DNA of 37,980 bases from Bacteroidota bacterium. GTDB taxonomy: Bacteria; Bacteroidota; Bacteroidia; Bacteroidales; VadinHA17. Position 1 is the first letter of the stretch, and the number at the start of each line of letters is the position of its first letter. The notes below the pieces were generated by a model. That model had not been told where the DNA came from, ran no database searches, and worked only from the letters and a program-made list of their open reading frames with translations. The position numbers and the translations under genes are program-made. Where the stretch lies: positions 1 through 37,980 of the forward strand of contig JAUWMO010000001.1 of the NCBI GenBank assembly GCA_030613125.1, given 5' to 3'. This document shows positions 17,588-23,690 of the stretch, in pieces.

Positions 17588-18340
17588 ATGATAAAAACTA
17601 TCCATAACCATCGTTCCATAAGGAAATATAAATCTGATCTCATTGACGATACTGTATTAAAGGGTATTCTTGAAGCCGGTACCCGTGCCTCGACTACAGG
17701 CAATATGCAGGTGTATTCAATGGTTGTTACTACCGATCATAACTTAAAACAGAAACTGTGGGAACCACATTTTAAGCAGGATATGGTTAAGCAAGCTCCT
17801 GTGATCATTACTTTCTGCGCTGATTTTAACCGGTTCAATAAATGGTGTGAGCAAAGAAATGCTGTACCTGGATATGACAATTTTCTGTCTTTTTTCACCG
17901 CTGCCATCGATGCCCTGCTGGTTGCTCAGAATGTGGCTCTTGCTGCTGAAGATCAAGGATTGGGTATCTGTTATTTAGGAACAACCACTTATATGGCCAA
18001 TACCATTATTGACATTCTGAACCTGCCTGAATTTGTTATACCCATCACTACTCTTGTATTAGGGTATCCCGATGAAACACCACCCCTGACTGACCGGTTA
18101 CCTCTTGAGGCGGTGCTGCATAATGAGGTATATAAAAATTATTTGCCTGAGGATATTGACCGTTTGTATGCTGAAAAGGAAGCTCTTCAGGAAACTCTTG
18201 ACCTGCTTGAAGAAAACAAGAAAGAGACTCTGGCACAGGTTTTTACCGATAATCGCTATACACGGAAGGATAATGAATTCTTCTCGGAGAAGTTACTTGA
18301 TGTTATCCGGAAACAGGGATTTATGAAGGATGATTTATGA
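17588..18340 (+). CDS. Nitroreductase-family NAD(P)H-dependent oxidoreductase (NfsA/FRP-like)
   Basis: 250 aa. N-terminal HRSIRKYK motif and the nitroreductase fold pattern (GNMQVYSMVVT, LGICYLG). Confidence 0.8.
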   Translation: MIKTIHNHRSIRKYKSDLIDDTVLKGILEAGTRASTTGNMQVYSMVVTTDHNLKQKLWEPHFKQDMVKQAPVIITFCADFNRFNKWCEQRNAVPGYDNFLSFFTAAIDALLVAQNVALAAEDQGLGICYLGTTTYMANTIIDILNLPEFVIPITTLVLGYPDETPPLTDRLPLEAVLHNEVYKNYLPEDIDRLYAEKEALQETLDLLEENKKETLAQVFTDNRYTRKDNEFFSEKLLDVIRKQGFMKDDL

Positions 18341-18342
18341 AC

Positions 18343-18399
18343 GATGAATGATGAAGGATTGTTTAATTGTTTAATTGTTATATTGCGGACTGTGGACTG
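18343..18399. repeat. Concatenated micro-tandem repeats (7-, 8-, 7-bp units)
   Basis: GATGAAT/GATGAAG (18343-18356); TTGTTTAA x2 plus TTGTTA (18359-18380); CGGACTG/TGGACTG (18386-18399). The run begins 2 nt after the nitroreductase stop. Confidence 0.85.
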
Positions 18400-18429
18400 G
18401 GGATTGATAGGGTGACAGAGAGACTGAGA

Positions 18430-18568
18430 GAAAGGGCGATGGGGCGAAGGGCCGAGTAAGACGAAGCTCCCTGCCCGAATGCCCGCCTGACCAATCATTC
18501 GGGCAGGACTTCGGTCGGTCGGTCGGTTCGTCATTTTAGACAAAGCAAGTGAAAGGGCGATGGGGCGA
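18430..18568. repeat. 18-nt direct repeat pair flanking a GC-rich hairpin and a (TCGG)4 run
   Basis: GAAAGGGCGATGGGGCGA occurs at 18430-18447 and at 18551-18568 (perfect, 121-nt offset), and similarity continues for about 10 more nt. (TCGG)4 lies at 18511-18526. Confidence 0.85.
18470..18507. other. 12-bp perfect GC-rich inverted repeat (hairpin) between convergent genes
   Basis: CCTGCCCGAATG (18470-18481) pairs with CATTCGGGCAGG (18496-18507) across a 14-nt loop. There is no U-tract on either strand. The left arm and loop contain the 16-mer CCGAATGCCCGCCTGA, which also occurs at 22508-22523. Confidence 0.8.
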
Positions 18569-18655
18569 GAGGGGGCTAAGGAATTGCGGATTTACAAACA
18601 CTATTTAACAATTGGTACGCGTAGATGCATACTCACTGAAGCAATACCTGCTCTT

Positions 18656-18676
18656 CTCCTTAGGAGTCCTTCGGAC
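18656..18676. repeat. 21-bp double-palindrome element, copy A
   Basis: CTCCTTAGGAG + GTCCTTCGGAC share one G. The reverse complement GTCCGAAGGACTCCTAAGGAG matches 20977-20997 at 19 of 21 positions. Confidence 0.8.
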
Positions 18677-18720
18677 AAACCTTTTTACTTTCTTCATTTT
18701 ACATTTTTACTTTTAGACTT

Positions 18721-20904
18721 TCACTTCAACCAGTCAGATAATTGATTGAAGAGCTCATATACTCCTTTCTCATTTGTAATTATTAAATTCCCGCCGGCAT
18801 TTTTACTGGAAAATACTTTCAACGGAAATGTTAGCTGCTCTTTGATCTTAAAAGTTGCTGCTTCACTTCCATCAGCGAGAACCGGGTTAACCACCATCAC
18901 CTTCCGGGGGCACAACACCGCGATAAGATCGGGCAGATCATATTTGTTAAGCGCACCTGCAACTGTGGAGGGGATGTATGCCGGCTTATAATCACGGGTG
19001 ATGGCAATATCTTCAAAGCTCAGGAAGGGCCGTATCAGACCGATTTTTTTTATTTCCGGTTCAAATACCGCGGCATGTAACAGTACACTTCCAAGTATCC
19101 CATGTGCCAATGCGGAAACGGTTATTGATTCTCCTCCATAATTATGTGCAAAATGTACCACCCGTACAATATCTTCTGCCCTGAGCCCGACAATGGACTT
19201 ACCGGTCATATTTCCTGCAAACCATTGGTTATAAGATATATTATCAATATATGCATCACCCTTCAGATATCCGGGACCCAGTTGTCCAATACCTGGCAGA
19301 TCGAAAAGTAACACAGGATATCCCAGTCTGAGTAGAGAAAGGAACAGACTGTCATGATTGGCTGCATATTCCATCCCCTGCTCATCCATGATAAGCACAA
19401 TTTCCTTCACCATATTTTTTGAAGGCTTAAACAAGGCAATTGGAAGCATATAATCTCCACTACCGGGTATAAGGAACTTCTCCAGGATATAATCATCTTT
19501 AACATACCGGCCTGAAAAAATGGCCTTCCCGAATTGACGGGGATACTCAAATCCGCAAATCTCCAGGACTGACTCAGGAACTTTTTCAAGATATTGTTCA
19601 ATATGGAGCCTTGAGGCTTTTAATACCTCCGCCTGATTCTGTACTATTTTTTTGTTCAGGGAAAAAATCGTTTCTCCTTTCAGTGTGGTAGAAAGCTGTC
19701 CGGTCTCGGTAACCCATAATTCTTCCGGGTCGAATATTTCAACATCAAGATCTGCAGAATCCCCCGGATTGTCGAGATATCTTTGAAAAAATGCATACAT
19801 GGCCTCTCTGTTTTTTTTGGTTGAAGCATGTCCGTCATCATCTTCTGACATCATAATATGTCCCTCAAATCCCAGAGCTCTGTACGATTTCCTGGCTTCC
19901 CGGTAAGTGTCTCTCGCCCCCTGGATGCTGAAAAAATCCCTTGTAGTACTGATGATCAGGGTCGGTTTGGGGGCTCTCACTTCAAGTAAATCGGCATGGT
20001 CAAGACCTTCTTTTATCATGTGAAACAGATTCTGTTCGGCATCCTGAGGTCCGATGGTTTTCAGCACCATTTTCATACTGGTAATAAAACATTCAGGTGC
20101 AGCAGCTAAAATCCTGTCATCAATGGCGGCAGCATAAGCAGTTTGTGTACCTCCGCCTGACCTGCCGGTCATACCTATTCGTAAAGGGTCAACTTCTTTG
20201 CGTGTTACAAGGTAATCAATAGCTCTTACTGCATCCCATATAAAATACTTTGTGGGCGAATAGCCTGATATATAACATTGTGCTCCCGGGTATGAATGTT
20301 CGTGTGTTGAGCCAAACCGGGGTTTCCCTGTTTCCTGGTCAAAATATTGCAGCCGTTCTCCCTGTCCTACCGGATCGAAGGCAAATACTACAAATCCTTT
20401 CATTACCAGATTGATGATCACATGCTGGTAAACATCACTACGGAATCCTTCTGCCGTATGTCCACAAGCATAGAGAATGGCAGGAGCTTTCCCTCTTATC
20501 TTACTGGGAATAAATAATGCGGAAGTGACATAATACCCGGGGAGTGATTCAAATATCACTTTCTCTACCCGGTAATTTTTTGTTTTTATTACCTCCGTTA
20601 CCCGTGCATTAAGGGGAGTTCTCTGTGGAAACGGGCCAATAAGCCGTAACAGTTTTTCCCTGACCTGAGCCTGCCTCTGCATCCATTCCTCCTTTGATTG
20701 TAATTTACCAACTTCGGCCGTCCGTTGACTTAGTTGATCGAAAGCTCTTGAACACAGGTGTTTGTACAGTGAGTTTTCTGCATCAGAACAATACTTCCAG
20801 TAATTGAAAAGAGATACATTATCCTGGGCTATAGATCTGCCCGAAACAAATAAAACTAATAAGGCTACAAGTGCCATGCTTTTTAGGATCCATCGGACTT
20901 TCAT
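18721..20904 (-). CDS. Secreted two-lobed alpha/beta-hydrolase (N-lobe acetyl-xylan-esterase/CE7-like)
   Basis: Signal peptide MKVRWILKSMALVALLVLFVSGRSIAQ. The N-lobe has the nucleophile elbow GMTGRSGGG (Ser249) and plausible acid and His residues (TTRDFF, DDDGHAS). The C-lobe (about aa 470-727) looks alpha/beta-like but has SALAHGILG where GxSxG is expected. Confidence 0.7.
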   Translation of the reverse strand: MKVRWILKSMALVALLVLFVSGRSIAQDNVSLFNYWKYCSDAENSLYKHLCSRAFDQLSQRTAEVGKLQSKEEWMQRQAQVREKLLRLIGPFPQRTPLNARVTEVIKTKNYRVEKVIFESLPGYYVTSALFIPSKIRGKAPAILYACGHTAEGFRSDVYQHVIINLVMKGFVVFAFDPVGQGERLQYFDQETGKPRFGSTHEHSYPGAQCYISGYSPTKYFIWDAVRAIDYLVTRKEVDPLRIGMTGRSGGGTQTAYAAAIDDRILAAAPECFITSMKMVLKTIGPQDAEQNLFHMIKEGLDHADLLEVRAPKPTLIISTTRDFFSIQGARDTYREARKSYRALGFEGHIMMSEDDDGHASTKKNREAMYAFFQRYLDNPGDSADLDVEIFDPEELWVTETGQLSTTLKGETIFSLNKKIVQNQAEVLKASRLHIEQYLEKVPESVLEICGFEYPRQFGKAIFSGRYVKDDYILEKFLIPGSGDYMLPIALFKPSKNMVKEIVLIMDEQGMEYAANHDSLFLSLLRLGYPVLLFDLPGIGQLGPGYLKGDAYIDNISYNQWFAGNMTGKSIVGLRAEDIVRVVHFAHNYGGESITVSALAHGILGSVLLHAAVFEPEIKKIGLIRPFLSFEDIAITRDYKPAYIPSTVAGALNKYDLPDLIAVLCPRKVMVVNPVLADGSEAATFKIKEQLTFPLKVFSSKNAGGNLIITNEKGVYELFNQLSDWLK

Positions 20905-20907
20905 AAA

Positions 20908-20967
20908 AAAACTGTTTTAGTTTGAAACTATTTTGAAACTACTTTAAAACTATTTTGAAACTATTTT
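20908..20967. repeat. 11-bp tandem array filling the region immediately upstream of the hydrolase start
   Basis: AAAACTGTTTT (20908-20918), a 5-nt gap, then GAAACTATTTT (20924-34), GAAACTACTTT (20935-45), AAAACTATTTT (20946-56) and GAAACTATTTT (20957-67). The hydrolase start codon is at 20902-20904. Confidence 0.85.
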
Positions 20968-20976
20968 GTTCCGAAG

Positions 20977-21010
20977 GTCCAAAGGACTCCTATGGAGAAT
21001 CCCTTTGGGA
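20977..21010. repeat. 21-bp double-palindrome element, copy B, plus a third 4-3-4 palindrome
   Basis: GTCCaaaGGAC (20977-20987), CTCCtatGGAG (20987-20997), TCCCtttGGGA (21000-21010). It is preceded by the stutter TCCGAAGG / TCCAAAGG. Confidence 0.8.
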
Positions 21011-21029
21011 AAACCACTTTGAAACTTCA

Positions 21030-22106
21030 TTAATCCTTTAATTCAAATTCCACTCCCAATTTATCAGCAACTTCCTTTACGTCTTTCTGAATGCCTGGCA
21101 GAACCTTTATACCTTCTTTAAAAATCCTTTCTTCAGCTTCCCGTTCAATATCACCCGGGATCAATACTTTTTTCCCTTTAACTGGTTTTGAATTCCTGAA
21201 GGTTGTGATCCATTTGTCCATTCTCTTTTTAAATTCTTCAGCTTTCATAAAACCGTCGATCCGCATAGCCCCGAAAAAATGACCCATGCCTTTTCCAACC
21301 TCTATTTCAGGCATTGGCAAATAAGCAAGGAAGGGAGGAACAAATGGACCAAAATTAGCGCCGGAAAGAACACCGGTTAAGATGTCAACAACAGCTCCAA
21401 GTGCATAGCCTTTATGGCTGCCATGCTGCAAATCCCCGCCCAGGGGAAGCATTGATCCTCCCTTTTTCATAATATCCGGGTCATCAGAGGGTACTCCATC
21501 TTTATCCTGAACATATCCGAGAGGTACCTTTTCTCCTTTCTTGGAAGCAACGGCTAATTTACCCCGTGCAATGGGGGTGGTCGAAAAGTCGGCAACAAAA
21601 GCAGGTTGTTTACCCGCAGGCACGGCCATGGTAATAGGATTGGTCCCAAGCATTCTTTCTACTGAATTCACAGGTGCAACCATAGGATTTGCATTGGTCA
21701 TTGATATCCCGATCATGTCATGTTCCAGGGCCATCATGGCGTAATAACTGCCAATGCCTAAATGATTGGAATTTCTTGTTGCCACCCATCCGGTTCCTGA
21801 ATTTTTTGCTTTTTCAATTGCAAGTATCATCGACTTTGTTGCGCCAACTATTCCGACAGCTCCATCAGCGTCAATCACCGCAGTTCCGGGGGTTTCATGC
21901 ACTACTTTTACATTTGGTCTGGTATTGATCCGGCCGGCTTTCCAAAGCTGGAAATAATCTTTTATACGTATCATTCCATGGGAAGGAAGGTTCCGGAGTT
22001 CAGCGCGGATAAAGACATCTGCTATTGCCTGTGCGTCTTCAGTGGGACAATCTATTTTTTCGAAAATTTGAATAATGAAATCTCTAAGATATTCAGGTGT
22101 GTACAT
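21030..22106 (-). CDS. Ldh_2-family (malate/L-lactate/sulfolactate-type) NAD(P)H-dependent dehydrogenase
   Basis: 358 aa with family blocks LPSHGMIR, ATRNSNHLGIGSYYA, GSHKGYALG (recall of PF02615-type proteins). The substrate cannot be assigned. Confidence 0.8.
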   Translation of the reverse strand: MYTPEYLRDFIIQIFEKIDCPTEDAQAIADVFIRAELRNLPSHGMIRIKDYFQLWKAGRINTRPNVKVVHETPGTAVIDADGAVGIVGATKSMILAIEKAKNSGTGWVATRNSNHLGIGSYYAMMALEHDMIGISMTNANPMVAPVNSVERMLGTNPITMAVPAGKQPAFVADFSTTPIARGKLAVASKKGEKVPLGYVQDKDGVPSDDPDIMKKGGSMLPLGGDLQHGSHKGYALGAVVDILTGVLSGANFGPFVPPFLAYLPMPEIEVGKGMGHFFGAMRIDGFMKAEEFKKRMDKWITTFRNSKPVKGKKVLIPGDIEREAEERIFKEGIKVLPGIQKDVKEVADKLGVEFELKD

Positions 22107-22199
22107 TTTACAATTAAAAATTAAAAATGAAGGAATTAAATGTTACTGGTTAAAAGTAGTAAAATTCAATTAAATACTTCATTTGGTCGCTATGGCTCC

Positions 22200-22600
22200 C
22201 TGTCATATACACTTTGGGCGTCATATACTCTCCGCCGGCCAGCGGATCGTGCCTGCCCGCCCGGATGACTCCGTTCGGACGGGCCCGCCGAAGCTTGCGA
22301 AGGTGGGTCATTTGCCAGGGCAATGCCCTCGCGTCAAATGTGTTGGTCGGCAAATATTATTGTACAACCTGAACATTAAATCCTGAGCGAACGAAGTGAG
22401 TCGAAGGATCTCCTTAAAGTTTATTACTACCTAAAATAGTCAGAATTCTGTTAAGGAGATCTCTCCCTGCGGTTCGGGAAAACATTCCCCGCCCGAACGT
22501 ACCCCGTCCGAATGCCCGCCTGAACGACGTAGTCGGAGAGGGATGAGTCCTTTCTTCCAAGCGGGAATTCGTTCGAACTGGGGCAGGCTTTGCTCTCTAA
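22200..22600. other. GC-rich, hairpin-dense non-coding island (possible structured RNA or REP/BIME-like repeat cluster)
   Basis: Hand count gives 76 GC in 120 nt (63 percent) over 22201-22320, against 21 in 60 nt (35 percent) in the neighbouring CDS sample 22761-22820. It contains many local palindromes and a 16-mer shared with 18475-18490. There is no convincing ORF. Confidence 0.6.
22407..22461. other. 11-bp perfect inverted repeat with a 33-nt AT-rich loop
   Basis: GATCTCCTTAA (22407-22417) pairs with TTAAGGAGATC (22451-22461). The arm sequence is related to the CTCCTTAGGAG palindrome at 18656-18666. Confidence 0.75.
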
Positions 22601-22613
22601 GTTCCATGTTTCT

Positions 22614-22712
22614 TAATGATAACCTAATGATAACCTAATGACAACCTAGTGACAACCTAATGACAACTTAATGACAACTTAATGACAACTTAATGACCAT
22701 TAAATGACTATT
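22614..22712. repeat. Nine tandem 11-bp units with stepwise drift
   Basis: TAATGATAACC x2, TAATGACAACC, TAGTGACAACC, TAATGACAACT x3, TAATGACCATT, AAATGACTATT. The array ends 44 nt from the SDR stop codon. Confidence 0.9.
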
Positions 22713-22756
22713 AACCAGATGTTTTACCATTTATTATCCCCACCATTCACCATTCA

Positions 22757-23521
22757 TTATTCACTTATTTCTTCCCTGAATACATAAAAAGAGTTTGCCT
22801 GAGCTTTGGCAGTAATGATTATGTCGTTGATATTTACATGGTCAGGGCGGCTAACCGCAAACCAGATTACCTCAGCCACATCCTCACCTGAAAGAGGCTT
22901 CATACCCTTGTAAGGGACTTTTGCCTTTTTGCGGTCACCCTTAAAACGAACAATTGAGAATTCAGTTTCTACTAATCCCGGATTTACAGAAGTCACCTTG
23001 ATCCCTGTTGACAACAGATCTATTCTCATTGCTTTACTAAGAGCATCAACTGCATGTTTGGTAACACAATAAACATTACCCCTTTCATACACCTCTTTAC
23101 CGGCGATAGAAGCAATATTAACAATATGGCCATTTTTGATCATCAACGGAATAACGGCTTTTGAAATATACAATAACCCTTTTATGTTAGTGTCAATCAT
23201 TCTTTCCCAATCATCGATTAAACCATCCTGAATAAGACTGAAACCGGCGGCAAGTCCGGCATTATTCACCAGAATATCGATTTTTCTCCATTTTTCTTCA
23301 AGATTTTCGACTGCCGCCAATACTTCTTCATTATTTCTAACATCGAAATTAAGTGCAAGAACCTCAACCTTATGGTTATTGATTAATTCTTCTTTAAACT
23401 GATCAAGTAAAGAGGATCTTCTTCCAGTAATGATCAGATTGATTCCTTTGGTGGCGAATTTAATTGCGGTTGCCTTTCCAATGCCGGAAGTGGCGCCGGT
23501 GATCATGGTAATTTTATTCAT
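22757..23521 (-). CDS. Short-chain dehydrogenase/reductase (classical SDR, YdfG-like)
   Basis: Cofactor motif TGATSGIGKA, NNAG, and catalytic YCVTKHAV (YxxxK); 254 aa. Confidence 0.9.
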   Translation of the reverse strand: MNKITMITGATSGIGKATAIKFATKGINLIITGRRSSLLDQFKEELINNHKVEVLALNFDVRNNEEVLAAVENLEEKWRKIDILVNNAGLAAGFSLIQDGLIDDWERMIDTNIKGLLYISKAVIPLMIKNGHIVNIASIAGKEVYERGNVYCVTKHAVDALSKAMRIDLLSTGIKVTSVNPGLVETEFSIVRFKGDRKKAKVPYKGMKPLSGEDVAEVIWFAVSRPDHVNINDIIITAKAQANSFYVFREEISE

Positions 23522-23650
23522 ATGGGGCTAATATTGTTTTATTTTCAAAAATATAAAAAATGATCAAATCTGGAAGGTAACAAAGGATATGTTAATTTCT
23601 AATTTATTAAAATTGGAATTTAGTACATGTTAAGAGTAAAATATGTTGAT

Positions 23651-23658
23651 TATATTTG
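23651..23658 (+). promoter_or_regulatory. Candidate -7 promoter box for purL
   Basis: TATATTTG, a perfect TAnnTTTG, lies 32 nt upstream of ATG 23691. No clear -33 TTTG is present. Confidence 0.3.
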
Positions 23659-23690
23659 TTTCAGTTTTGGAAACCTAATTTTATCCTTAT

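Noticed and set aside
18256-18745. Track ORFs 18256..18543 (minus, 95 aa) and 18560..18745 (plus, 61 aa) in the spacer after the nitroreductase gene.
   Set aside because: The first overlaps the nitroreductase 3' end antisense and runs through the repeat and hairpin module. The second runs through the repeat and into the hydrolase 3' end. Both are better explained as artefacts of GC-rich repeat sequence.
22150-22386. Two 67-codon ORFs from the track (22150..22353 minus, 22183..22386 plus) inside the GC-rich island.
   Set aside because: They overlap each other antisense and sit exactly where GC richness suppresses stop codons. Their translations are R/P/G-rich and low in complexity, and I see no promoter or start context or family resemblance. 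I treat the region as non-coding.
22404-22418. GAAGGATCTCCTTAA resembles the 16S rRNA 3' tail (GGATCACCTCCTT).
   Set aside because: The resemblance covers about 12 nt with an indel and there is no surrounding rRNA sequence. It is better explained as one arm of the 11-bp inverted repeat related to the CTCCTTAGGAG palindrome.
22150-22610. Known housekeeping RNAs (RNase P RNA, tmRNA, SRP/4.5S, 6S) or common riboswitches in the GC-rich island.
   Set aside because: By eye on either strand I find no GAGGAAAGTCC-type RNase P core, no tmRNA tag-coding or tRNA-like ends, no SRP domain IV motif, and no TPP, B12, SAM or purine riboswitch boxes. This was a visual check only, so a covariance-model scan is still needed.
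22614-22712. Reading the 11-bp array as a CRISPR array or as plasmid-type iterons.
   Set aside because: The units are contiguous with no spacers, only 11 bp long and non-palindromic. There are no cas, rep or par genes in the window.
18341-22756. Calling the hydrolase + Ldh_2 block a mobile genomic island or composite transposon because repeats flank it.
   Set aside because: There is no integrase, transposase, tRNA attachment site, long terminal inverted repeat or target-site duplication. The somewhat higher GC of these two genes is similar to that of other conserved enzymes here (for example acnA). Only the short 21-mer bracket is reported as a finding.
23522-23690. A purine riboswitch or other leader upstream of purL.
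   Set aside because: The AT-rich 169-nt region has no purine-riboswitch core or notable hairpins. Only a candidate -7 box is present.
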